DNA of 62,537 nucleotides, the filler included, from Chiloscyllium plagiosum (Eukaryota), in assembly GCF_004010195.1 (NCBI RefSeq). It is 5 parts of one record of this genome, joined end to end, with 100 filler letters (N's around TTAATTAATTAA, not from the genome) between each part and the next. Parts side by side here need not be neighbours in the genome. Positions count along the whole stretch, not along the records: positions 34,585 to 40,981 come from NC_057712.1; positions 41,082 to 54,715 come from NC_057712.1; 3 more parts are not named here. One strand, written 5' to 3'. The notes below the pieces were generated by a model. That model was not told the DNA's origin, ran no database searches, and worked only from the letters and a program-made list of their open reading frames with translations. Every line of letters begins with the position of its first letter. Within the stretch, counting starts at the first letter, position 1. A program made the position numbers and the translations under genes. Below are positions 37,391 to 49,390 of this stretch, piece by piece.

Positions 37391-38949
37391 TTTGGGCTGG
37401 AGACTTGGGGCAGAAATACATAGGGGCTTGAATGATGTGGGCAATTGTGAGAAATGTGGCAGAGTCAAACAAGAGTTCCAATGAAGCCTATCTTAACGTT
37501 GGAAGCCAGCTGAATAGAATAGATACGGAGAGGCTAATCTTACATCTAATAGGAAGACAAATGAGAGGGCATAGATTTTAAATGATGTACAAAATAACCG
37601 AGGGTGATGGTTAGAGTATGGAATCTGCTGCCTAGAAGTGTAGTGGAGGCAGGCATTGAGTGGGGTGCACCAGCAACTAGTATCAAAAGGATGTTACAAG
37701 AACACTTTGCACACTCAGAAAGGCACACAGCTCATGGATTGGACCACGCTGAACTTCAGAGCTGCTCACTTGCCAGCTTAGCACCCAACTGGACACTCAC
37801 ATTACCATTTTCTTTGCTTTGTTGTGCCCATTAGCGCAGTCACATAACAGACAGCTTGCCTTGCTCAAGAGCAGTCCTCAGTCAAGGGGCCAGACAGCTC
37901 TTATTCAGCACTGGACTACTTCAATTTCACATCTGCACCATCTGCCAGCAGCTCATGTAGCTAACTTACCACCTGTGTAGCAAGCAGGCATCCATATCTC
38001 AAAATTTGGGAGAGTAGTCCTCACCAACATTCAAGCAAGCATGCAACGTTTGGATGTGTTTGTTTATTGAGCAGACCCAGAGGTGCTGGATCCAGTTCTC
38101 TCCTACAGCTGCCATCCTGTCGTTGGGAGCAACCAGACAATCTCATGCCTGAGGTCCCCATATCAGAGCTGCACTCTTATAGCCTCTGGGCTTTGAGGCT
38201 GTTGGCTTCCACATGCTTGGCTGCTGCCCCTGTTCCTGATTGCAGACACTGCCCGGTCCTGTCCTGCCTGGGGCCAAGCAGGCACCTGGTCTCCAGTAGC
38301 CCACATGCAGAACTCTTGGCTTCTCCCAGGAACAGACATGTATATCCTGAAATGTGGAGTTAATCATGTAATGTCCATTCAATCTTACTGGTGTTAGCTA
38401 CCTCATACAACAGACAAGAGAACCATTAAGATGCAATCAGAGAAATGAATTAAGATGACAAATTACTGTTGCTGTTCTGATAGTGCTTGGGATGATCTTG
38501 TACTTTAATGGAGACACAGTTTTATACAAACTAAAACCGACACTGACAGACAAATAACAGACCATTAAGTGGACATTTCTTTAGAACTTCTGGCATGTTA
38601 GAGTTGACTCTTTTGTGTTTCTCAGTGGGAGAGGCTTCTAGTTAGTGTGATGATAGAAATTTACTCCTGAATTCACTAATATGTGACTTGTCACATTTTT
38701 ATATTTTGTTGCTATAAATATTGAATACCTTGAATTTCTCTTAGGGATGGGATAATAGTTCACAAGTCTAAAATGTTAAATATATAATTAGAATAAAGTA
38801 CTCAAGCACTTCATTATCAGTTTTTTTACAGGATTATGAAACTTTTTACATCTTCAGAAATATTTGTGTAAAAACCAGAGCCTTATATCAAATATAGAAA
38901 TGAGGCAATTTTTCATAAAGTACATCATTATACTTATGTAAATAAGGAT

Positions 38950-39870
38950 GCTTCATCAAAAACCTTCCCTGTATCATAAAGCCAGAAGTGAGGATGTTCA
39001 CCAATGATTACTCAATGCTCCAATGCATTATTCAAAATTCCTCAGATAGTGAAGCTGTCTATTTCCAAAGACAGCAAGATATGAAGCAATATTCAGGCAC
39101 GGGCTGTCAAGTGGTTAACAACATTCCTGTCACATTAGTGCCAGGCAATGACCATCTCAAACAAATGAGAATCTCACAATCACTCTTTGACATTCATTGG
39201 TGTTAACATCATTGAATCCACACTGTCAACTCTCTGGGGTTTATCTTTGACTAGGAACTGAACTGGGCTAGCTACAGAAATACTGTGGCTACAAAAGCAG
39301 GTTAAAGACAAAGAACCCTGTGTGAGAAACTCATCTCCTGACTCCCCAGAGTTGGTCTACCATCTATAAGGCAAAAGTCAGGAATATGATGGAATAATTT
39401 TCCACTTGCCTAGATAAGTGGAATTTCAACAACACTCAAAAAGCTTGATACATCCAGAATGATGATTGGCACCACATCCACAAACATTCACTACCTTTAT
39501 CACCAATATTCAGTACCAGCAGTGCATACCATCTACAAGGATGCACTGTGGAAATTCACCAATGCTCCTTAATCAACATCTTCCAAATGTATAACTGTTA
39601 TCATCTAGGAGATCAAGGGTAGCAGATCTTTGGGAAGACCACTGCTTGCATGTTCCTCTCTGAGCCACACTCACCATTGTGTTATTTAGCTGTTCTTACA
39701 GTGCCATTGAGTCAAAATCCTTGAACTGTCTTCCTAATGTCATAATACAACAAATGGACTGGAATGGTTCAAGAAGGCAGCTCACCATCACCTTTTCAAG
39801 GGCAACTAGGGATGGGTAATAACTGTTTGCCAAGCCAACGAAACCACTGAATAAAGAAAGATTTTTTTTT
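38950..39870 (+). mobile_element. Second-family CR1/L2-group LINE, RT to 3' end
   Basis: VRMFTND (degenerate FADD), IYKAKVRNMME, LKKLDTS; tail matches the reverse complement of 13740-13830. Confidence 0.8.
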
Positions 39871-40545
39871 GCCTCTTGATTCCAGATCACTCTCTGAAAC
39901 AGCATTCCTTAGATGGCAACATTGAATTCTCATGTGTTCTTATTTAGTTGATTTTCCAACTTCACACTTCTAACAGCCTTACCTGCTGAGCATGCATGTT
40001 GAAAATTCTGGACCATGTTTCAAAATTGGTTGGAAAAGTATTCAGGACACATGCTGGAATTTCTGATATATGTTCTTAGTGGGCACGGTTCCCTTTTCAT
40101 GAATGCAAAATCAACAAGGCACCAGTTTAATGTGATGAGGTCTTGAGGCTATTTTGCCACATATTCTAACAAATGAATATTTTGATCATTCCATGTGTTC
40201 TCAACATTTTAGGTAATATTTATTACAAACCCCAGTGCATAAATAAAACTTTCATACAATGCTATTGTTTCTCAAATAGCCACCTGCATCAGATTTTACA
40301 GCAATTATTTGATCTCCCGTGGCATTGCAAACAATGGGCCTCATTCATCATAACTCACTGGCTAAGAGAGTCTCAAGATTTGGTGGAATGTCTGATTTCC
40401 ATCCCCAGTCCAATTTTTATTCTCCATCAACTTCAAAAGAGAATGAAATCAGTGTTAGTTTTACGAAATTCCTAGTGGACATGTTGGGTTAGTATTGCCT
40501 TTGATAAGTTGGATGAAATGTTGAACTCAAATCTATCAGCTTTAC

Positions 40546-40738
40546 AGGGCGGCATGGTGGCTCAGTGGTTAGCATTGCTGCCTCATAGTGCCAGACACCC
40601 GGGTGTGATTCCAGCCTCGGGCCTATATAGAGTTTGCACATTCTCCCCGCATCTGCTTGGGTTTTCTCCATGTGTTCTGGTTTCCTCCCACAATCCAAAG
40701 ATGTGCCGGTTAGATGAATTGGCATGTTAAATTGCCCG
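40546..40738 (+). mobile_element. HE1/V-SINE-type SINE, 5' part, interrupted by a Penelope terminus
   Basis: GGGCGGCATGGTGGCTCAGTGGTTAGC head and core; stops at taaattgccc. Confidence 0.88.
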
Positions 40739-40981
40739 AGGAGAAAGTGAGGACTGCAAGATGCTGGACATCAGAGCTGAAAATGTGTTGCTGGAAAAGG
40801 CAGCATCCAAGGAACAGGAGAATCGACGTTTTGGGCATAAGCCCTTCTTCAGGAATGAGGAAAGTGTGTCCAGCAGGCTAAGATATAAGGTAGGGAGGAG
40901 GGATTTGGGGGAGGGGCGTTGGAATTGCGATAGGTGGAGGGAGGTCAAGGTGAGGGTGATAGGCCGGAGTGGGGTTGGGGC
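40739..40981 (-). mobile_element. Penelope-like terminus abutting a gap
   Basis: Highly similar to 54472-54715; hammerhead-like core at 40821-40856. Confidence 0.85.
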
Positions 40982-41081
40982 NNNNNNNNNNNNNNNNNNN
41001 NNNNNNNNNNNNNNNNNNNNNNNNNTTAATTAATTAANNNNNNNNNNNNNNNNNNNNNNNNNNNNNNNNNNNNNNNNNNNN

Positions 41082-41391
41082 CTCAGTTCCACCCAAATAA
41101 CTTCCCTGGATGTATTTCCGGAAATAACTTCCCTGGATGTATTTCCGGGAATATCCTCCCTCAGTCCAGTCCAGCTCCCTCAGTCCATTCTCCAGTTGGG
41201 CCGTTTTCATATTGACTGGTAGTTTCTGGAACCTTATTTCTCAGTTCCACCCAAATAACTTCCCTGGATGTATTTCCGGAAATAACTTCCCTGGATGTAT
41301 TTCCGGGAATATCCTCCCTCAGTCCAGTCCAGCTCCCTCAGTCCATTCTCCAGTTGGGCCGTTTTCATATTGACTGGTAGTTTCTGGAACG
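41082..41391. repeat. 158-bp tandem duplication, each unit containing a 27-bp tandem repeat
   Basis: Units start at 41082 and 41240 and appear identical; inner unit AAATAACTTCCCTGGATGTATTTCCGG x2. Confidence 0.9.
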
Positions 41392-43075
41392 CACTTAACA
41401 AATCCTTTCCATCCAAATGTTTAACACGGTAGCAATCCCAGTCCAGGTTTGGAAAGGTTCAAATCCCCTACAATTACAACTCTCTTATTCTAACAGATAT
41501 CTGAGATCTCCTGACAAATTTGTTGCTCCATCTCCCACTGACTACCGCTGTAGTACAATTGCAGTACAATCATAGCAAACTGATGAACTTTTTTTTATCT
41601 CAGTTCCACTAATATTGTTTAACTGGGTGATTCCGCGTGAATATTCCCTCTAAATACTGCTGTGATGTTTCCCCCAAACAAACCCATCACCGCTGCTCCT
41701 CTTCTGCCTCCTGTTTAATCATTCCTGTAGCATCTATTCCATGGAATAATGAGCTGCTGCCTGTCCATCTGTTGTGCAATTCTACATTACCTATTATATC
41801 CCATTACCAGTACACCATCCGTGCCCTGGGTTCATCTGCCTTAACTGTTGAGGGCCCCACAACCCTGCCAGACTAGTTTAAATCTTTTCAAGCAGCTGCA
41901 ACAACTCACCCCATCAGGAAATGGGTCAGCCTCCCGCTCCCAGTACAGGTGCCTTCCCCACCCGGTCTATCTGTGCTGACACCTTCAGGGATCTATGGAC
42001 TTGGACACCAAGACCCCTGTGTTCCTCAATACTCCACAAGGACTTCTGTGCATTCTGTCTCTTCTTCGCTTATCATGCCTTCCACAGGATTTGACGTCAC
42101 ACTGATTAGAAGTAAACTACATCTGAGTTTACTCTGCTCAGTTTATCATCTGAACGATTTTAGACAGGAGCCTGAGACCATCCCCCTCACTGTGGACAAC
42201 ACCCTCACCTTTCATGTCATCTGCAAACCTACTAATGATACCTTCTGCTTTCACATCCAAGTCATTAATGTACATAATAACCAGCAATGACTCCTGCACA
42301 GGTCCCTGTGGTACACCCGCTGGTGAAAGGCTTCCAAATACAAAAATAGGTCTCCACCAGGTGCGGATCCAATTTGCCAACTTGCCTTGGATCCCATGGA
42401 CTCTTCCCTTTTGGACCAGCCTTCCATGTGGGACCTTGTCCAAGACCTTACTGACCTCCATGTAACCCACATCATCGGCACTGCTCTCCTCAATATTTTG
42501 AGAGGCCATTTCAAAAATTTCAACTGAATTCCTGAGGCGGTATCTTCCTCTACCAAATGCGTGAAGATGCAGCCAAGTTGATCCCTGCCTTTCCAAGTGT
42601 TGATTCATTCTGTCCCTCATAATTGTTCCCAATAATTTCCCTCCCCCTGTTGTCAGACTATCTGCTCTGTAATTCCCTGGCCTATCCCTGCTGCCCTTCT
42701 TGAACAACTGAACCATATTAGCTCTCCTCCAGTCATTCTGCACTTCAACTGTGGCCAGCAAAGTATTAAATATATCCACCAGGACCCCAGCAATCTCCTC
42801 CCTTACTTCCCACAGCACCCTGGGATGCATTTCATTGAGCACTGGGGATTCTTCCACCTTTATGCCTGTTAAAACTTTTAATACCTCCTCCTGATTGATC
42901 TTAACATGTTCCAGAACCTCACCATCCCAACTGAAATCCCCGGCTACAATGCCTTTCTTCTGTGTGAATACAGATAGGAAGTATTCATTGAAGGCCTCAC
43001 CTACTTCCTCTGGCTCCATGCACAGATTGTCCATTTGGTGTCTAACAGGCCTCACTCTTTCACCAGTAATCCTCT
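41082..43075 (-). mobile_element. Rearranged CR1 fragments (endonuclease pieces and RT)
   Basis: ORF 42138..43055: DWRRANMVQLFKKG..PGNYR..DKVPHGRL..GVPQG..ISRFADD. Endonuclease-like remnants at 41082-41850 lie downstream of the RT, so at least two copies or a rearrangement. Confidence 0.85.
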
Positions 43076-44129
43076 GACTCTAACTGTACTGATAAAATAC
43101 TATACTTGTAAAGGGCTTCACCTGTGTTTATTGCACTGTATTTTATTTATCAAACTCACGATATCACTTGATCAGTATTTGCTGAACTTGCTGCCTTTGT
43201 CATTCACTCTTCAAGTAACACACTGGCCATGGATACTCACTGTATCATTTTAAAATACTCCCACTTTGAAAATAAAGCCCCAACTGCAGGCATTTCCTCC
43301 CAGTCTCTGTTTTTCAGATCCTGTCTAATGATAGCAGTAATGACAGGAGACTCTGTTGTGAAGGGGACAGACAGAAGAATGTGTGAATGCAGAATCAGGA
43401 TGGTGTGCTGCCTCCCGGCTAACAGATTCAATGATGTTTCGGAGTGGTTACAGAACATTCTGAAGGTGGAGAGTGAACAGGCAGAGGTCATTGTGCACAT
43501 CAGTCCACATGACAGAGGTAGACAAAGGGATGGGGTCCTGTGAAATGAGTACCAGTTGTTAGGTAAGAAGTTACAAAGCTGACCTCAAGGGTAGTGATCT
43601 CCAGATTACTCCCAGTCCCACTCACCAGTAGACATAGAAGTGGAAGGATAGGTCGGATGGATGTGTGGCTGAGGAGCTGGTGTAGGAGCAAGGGTTTTCA
43701 GTTCTTGGATCATTGGGATCTCTTCAGGGTTAGGGGTGACCTGCACAAGGGAATGGGTTGGACTTGAATCAGAGGGTCACCAGTATCACTGCGGGGAGAT
43801 TTGGTAGTGCTACTGTGGAATGTATAAACTAGTTAGGCAGGAGTTTGGGACTCTTAATAAGAGAGGGACAATTGAAAAGTCAGGGGAAAATACATTAACC
43901 ATCAAGAGCAAATTTCCTATTCAGGATATTCTGGGGCACAGTCAAGGGAGGGAAAATGCATTTGGTTTAAAGGCATTCATTTCAACACATGAAGCGTGAC
44001 TGGTAAGGCAGACGAGCTCAGAGCATGGACTAGCTCTGGGGATTGGGATATTATACACATAACAGAAACATGGCTGAGGGAAGGGCAGGACTGGCAGCTT
44101 AATGTCCCAGGATACAGAAGCTACAGGCA

Positions 44130-44933
44130 TGACAGAGGGACAAGTAAGTGAGAAGGGGGAGCTGTCGTTTTGATAAGGCAGGAAATAAAAACAGTGCTTA
44201 GAGAGGATACTCTTCAGGGGTCATCAAATGAGGACATTTGGTGAGAAGTTAGAAACAAAGAGGAGATGGGCAGTCTACTAGGCTGGCATTCTAAACTCCC
44301 AAAAAGTCAGCGAGTACTAGAGGAGAACGTGTGTAGAGAGATTGAAGGTACCTATAGAAATCATAGAATAGTACTGTTTGGAGATTTTAACTTCCATTGT
44401 ATTGACTGGGACACTCAGTGTGTAAAAGGCCCGTATCCGGTGGAATTTTTTCAAGATGTCCAAGAAAGTTTTCGAGATCAATATATAGAGGGCCCCACTC
44501 TACTCAGGCGGGAGCAACACTGGACCTTCCCTGACAGAGGGACAAGTAAGTGAGGAGGGGGAGCTGTCCTTTTGATAAGGCAGGAAATAAAAACAGTACT
44601 TAGAGAGGATACTCTTAAGGGGTCATCAAATGAGGACATTTGGTGAGAAGTTAGAAACAAAGAGGAGATGGTCAGTCTACTCAGCTGGTATTCTAAATCC
44701 CCAAAAAGTCAGTGAGTACTAGAGGAGAACGTGTGTAGAGAGATTGCAGGTACCTATAGAAATCATAGAATAGTACTGTTTGGAGATTTTAACTTCCATT
44801 GTATTGGCTGGGACACTCAGTGTGTAAAAGGCCCGTGTCGGGTGGAATTTGTTCAAGATGTCCAAGAAAGTTTTCGAGATCAATGTATAGAGGGCCCCAC
44901 TCTACTCAGGCGGGAGCAACACTGGACCTTCCC
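44130..44933. repeat. 402-bp tandem duplication within the CR1 endonuclease region
   Basis: Units start at 44130 and 44532 (TGACAGAGGGACAAGTAAGTGAG); scattered substitutions, roughly 95% identical by eye. Confidence 0.92.
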
Positions 44934-45125
44934 TCAGAATTCGAAGTCGGGCAAGTGACTGAAGTGTCAGTCGAAGAGCACTTCTAGTCCAGTGACCACA
45001 ACTGTCTTCATATTAACATTGTCATGGAAAAAGATCAGACAGCTCCACAGATTAATGTCTTAAACTGGAGCAGGGTCAGGTTTGGGGAAATTAGGCAGCA
45101 TCGAGCAGGGGTCGATTGAGTGAAT

Positions 45126-45420
45126 TAAAAATCACACAACACCAGGTCCAACATGTTTATTTCAAAACACTAGCTTTTAAAGCGCAGGTGATAATCCCAA
45201 AAGATAAGATTAACACTAAATGTGTTTGATATTACATTCCATGACACTACTACCCTGTTGCTATAAATTCTATGTCTTATGATTGGGCTCGACAACCACC
45301 TGATGAAGAAGCAGTGCTCTGAAACCTAGTGCCTCCAAATAAACCTATTGGACTGGAAGCTGGTGTTGTGTGATTTTTAACTTTGCAAACCCCCGTCCAA
45401 CACAGGCTCCTCCACATCAT
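45126..45420 (+). mobile_element. Fold-back Penelope-derived element, same family as 8795-8943
   Basis: Arms taaaaatcacacaacaccag / ctggtgttgtgtgattttta; contains CACCTGATGA..GAAACCTAGTG at 45297-45331; interrupts the CR1. Confidence 0.78.
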
Positions 45421-46039
45421 GCTCCCATCAACTGGGTGAGTCTGTTTGAAGGAAAAGGAATGGCTGACAAATGGGAGGCTTTTGAAAGTGTGTTGTCAAA
45501 CATCCAGGGCCAGTGTGTCCCTGTTAGAGTTAAGGGAAAAGCTGGCAGGTTTAGGGATCCCTGGCTCATGAGAGATATTGATGCTCTGTTCAAGAAAAAA
45601 GAAAACAGCATACATTGTCTTCAATGTTTCTGTATCAACGTAACCTCTTCCAGTCTTAAAGACACGATCACTCGCTGGAGACTCGAAAATCCTTTCAGGA
45701 CCCTGCAACACTCCCGATCCCAATGAAAACCTGTGACTATCCCAATTCAGTTCCGACAAGACTCACTATCTGTGTGATATCCTCCTGTCGCCAGCACTCA
45801 CCCTATCAATGTAAGTTCCTCCTGTATCTCCATGCATTTACCCATCTTCATAACCTTCTCTAATTTTTACACCCATACCTGTGTAAATGTCACCCTACCC
45901 TACAAACCTTCCCAAATTGACCAAACTGGAGGAGGTTACTTCTGCTTCCTTATTTGTGAAACTGTCTCCAACCAAAATTACTGTCCATCTGAAAATCCGT
46001 CAGACTCTTTATTACAGCTGTAACTCTTTCTTGTAAGTA

Positions 46040-48010
46040 TCCAGAGACTTGGCCTCCACAGCCCTCTGGGGCAGAGCATTCCATACACCCACCACTCTCT
46101 GGGTGAAGACGTTTCTCTTCAAATCTGTTCTAAATGGCCTACCCTTTATTTTTAAACTGTGTCCTCTGGTTCAGGACTCACCCATCAGCGGAAACATGCT
46201 TCCTACCTCCAGAGTGTTGAATCCTTTAATAATATTATACATCTCAATCAGATTCCCTCTTAGTCTTCTAAACTCAAGGGTATACAAGCCCAGTCACTCC
46301 AATCTTTCAACGTAAGATAGTCCCTCCATTCCGGGAATTGACCTCGTGAACCTACGCTGCACTCCCTCAATAGCCAGAATGTCTTTCCTCAAATTTGAAG
46401 ACCAAAACTGCACACAACATTCCAGGTGCGGTCTCATCAGGGACCTGTCCAGCTGCAGAAGAACCTCTTTGCTTCTATACTCAATTCCTCTTGTTATGAA
46501 GGCCAGCATGCCATTAACTTTCTTCACTGCCTGCTGTACCTGCATGCTTGCTTTCATTTACTGATGTACAAGAATACCTAGATCTCGTTGTACAGCCCCT
46601 TTACCTAACTTGACTCCATTTAGGTAGTAATCTGCCTACCTGTTCTTGCCACCAAAGTGGATAACCACACATTTATCCANNNNNNNNNNNNNNNNNNNNN
46701 NNNNNNNNNNNNNNNNNNNNNNNNNNNNNNNNNNNNNNNNNNNNNNNNNNNNNNNNNNNNNNNNNNNNNNNNNNNNNNNNNNNNNNNNNNNNNNNNNNNN
46801 NNNNNNNNNNNNNNNNNNNNNNNNNNNNNNNNNNNNNNNNNNNNNNNNNNNNNNNNNNNNNNNNNNNNNNNNNNNNNNNNNNNNNNNNNNNNNNNNNNNN
46901 NNNNNNNNNNNNNNNNNNNNNNNNNNNNNNNNNNNNNNNNNNNNNNNNNNNNNNNNNNNNNNNNNNNNNNNNNNNNNNNNNNNNNNNNNNNNNNNNNNNN
47001 NNNNNNNNNNNNNNNNNNNNNNNNNNNNNNNNNNNNNNNNNNNNNNNNNNNNNNNNNNNNNNNNNNNNNNNNNNNNNNNNNNNNNNNNNNNNNNNNNNNN
47101 NNNNNNNNNNNNNNNNNNNNNNNNNNNNNNNNNNNNNNNNNNNNNNNNNNNNNNNNNNNNNNNNNNNNNNNNNNNNNNNNNNNNNNNNNNNNNNNNNNNN
47201 NNNNNNNNNNNNNNNNNNNNNNNNNNNNNNNNNNNNNNNNNNNNNNNNNNNNNNNNNNNNNNNNNNNNNNNNNNNNNNNNNNNNNNNNNNNNNNNNNNNN
47301 NNNNNNNNNNNNNNNNNNNNNNNNNNNNNNNNNNNNNNNNNNNNNNNNNNNNNNNNNNNNNNNNNNNNNNNNNNNNNNNNNNNNNNNNNNNNNNNNNNNN
47401 NNNNNNNNNNNNNNNNNNNNNNNNNNNNNNNNNNNNNNNNNNNNNNNNNNNNNNNNNNNNNNNNNNNNNNNNCTTTTACTATCCTCCTGTATATTTTTGG
47501 CCAGTTTACCTTCGTACCTCATTTTTTCTCTGTGTATTTCCTTCTTAGTTATCCTCTGTTGTTCTTTAAAAGCTTCCCAGTCCTCCATTTTCCCACTCAT
47601 CTTTGCTATCTTATACTTTTTTTCTTTTGACTTTATATGTTTCTTAACTTCCCTCGTCAGCCACGGCCACCCATGCCTCCTCCTAGGATCAGTCATCCTG
47701 CATCTGATCCCGCATCTTCTGCATTATACCCAGAAATACCTGCCATTGTTGCTCCACTACCCTCCCTGCTAGGGTATTGCACCATTGAACTTTGGCCAGC
47801 TCCTCCCTCATAGCTCCATAGTTCCCTTTATTTAACTGAAATATTGTCACTTCCGATTGTACCCTCTCCCTTTCAAATTGCAGATTAAAACTTATTGTAT
47901 TATGGTCACTACCTCCTAATGGCTCCTTCACTTCGAGGTCCCTGATCAAATCCGGTTTGTTGCACAACACCAGATCCAGAACTGCCTTCTCCCTGGTAGG
48001 CTCCAGGGGA
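46040..48010 (-). mobile_element. CR1 ORF2 fragment (endonuclease end to RT C-terminus), large N gap
   Basis: PTREKAVLDLVL..LGGSDHN; PWLTREVK; RPHLECCVQFWS..QRRFTR. Confidence 0.92.
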
Positions 48011-48944
48011 GCCACACTAAGCTCATTAAGGCCACCCACAGCATGACATCACTTCGTTTGAAAGTCAGTGGGTTTGCAAACAAAATGTGCACACCCCATC
48101 CCACTGTAAAATGCTTGCTTGCTTTCCTTTTTCATTGCAACCTTTGGTATAGGCATCTGTCATCCATCTCCCAGTATGTCAGCAGTATGGATCACAAATG
48201 TATGAATGAGAATAGTATGAACAAACATGACTTTCAGTGGTAACTTATGAACTAGATCAGAAGATTAGACAAGTGGAAGCCACAGTTTTACATGGTGTGA
48301 AGCCTATTTAATGACATTAACATGAGAATATAAAGGTGTAAAATAGAGAATGTACTTTGCAGACAGGAAGGAGAACTATTCTGGGCCAGATCTGAGTTCC
48401 AATCAAACAGCCCTATCCTCCTTTTATAGCCGATCAGTGGATAACCATCTCTGGCAATTGTTGCCATTATATGAATTATGACTAAAACAAAATTGTTAGT
48501 TGCTATATTGTGCAGCATTTATAATTTCACTACAGTTTTCCTTCAGCATTTCCAGATATATTTGATCATTTGATCCCCTCTTTTGCTGAGATTTGCTTTA
48601 GATTGAAAGATTCTTGATCAGTTAAATGTCATTCTTTTGGGTATGCTGAACAAACAATGAGTAGTAATCAAGAATGCTTTTATTCTGATGCAATTATATT
48701 TCTCAAAAGTTAGTTATTAATTGTCAAGCCAAATTAACCTGACTGCGACAAATATTAGGACTACGACCACCAAACATATGGAAATGTGAAGTTGAAATTC
48801 CGTAGCACTGCTGCTGGGCTTCTGCCAGAAAACCATATTTTATAAAATTGTGGTATTCTTTCAGCCTGCAATTTTTTGTCCATTAACTTTAACAGGCAGA
48901 AAATTGCAGGAGTGTGCACATTCACATAAGAGTTTAAAGAAAAA

Positions 48945-49390
48945 AAGTCATGAGTAGGCCATTCAGACTTCCAAACCCAATACTCCATTCAGTGAGATCA
49001 TGGCTGATCTTTTATTTTAACACCATTTTCACACATTATTTCCATGTCCCTTGCTATTTAGTTTAAAATGTAGAAATCTATCAATCTCAATCTCCATTTA
49101 AATATATTCAATGATTGAATGTATCCCAAGATTCACATTCCTGTGAGTGAAGAAATCTGTCCTCATTTCAGTTCTAAACAATCCGAACAAAAACTCACAA
49201 TAAAAAGGATTCTTACATTACATTTGCAAATTCCTTTAAATTTGCACCTTTTCAATCTCAATCTTTTTATGAATAGAAACAATTTCTCCCAGTCTACTCT
49301 TTGCAGACCTCCTATGATTTTGAAACCTCTATTCGATCTCCTGGTTCACTCTTTTCTCTTAAAAGAGAATGGTCCCAAACACTTCAATCT
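48945..49390 (-). mobile_element. Very old CR1 3' remnant
   Basis: gagtaggccattcag..ccattcagtgagatcatggctgatc tail motif and degenerate RT C-terminus. Confidence 0.6.

Larger units (their letters stand above)
43320..45620 (+). mobile_element. Degraded CR1: ORF1 esterase plus ORF2 endonuclease
   Basis: AVMTGDSVVKGTDRR..MVCCLP..EVIVHI; ITETWLREGQ; IVLFGDFNF..IDW; KAGRFRDPWL. Confidence 0.88.

Noticed and set aside
41082..41391. 27-bp repeats as a CRISPR-like array
   Set aside because: No unique spacers, derived from CR1 endonuclease sequence, eukaryotic context, and next to a gap, so possibly a contig-end artefact.
46620..47772. Long ORFs of 210-370 aa in the track (also 1102-1908 and 18548-19291)
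   Set aside because: They are long only because they run through N gaps; the real residues are CR1 sequence or its antisense.
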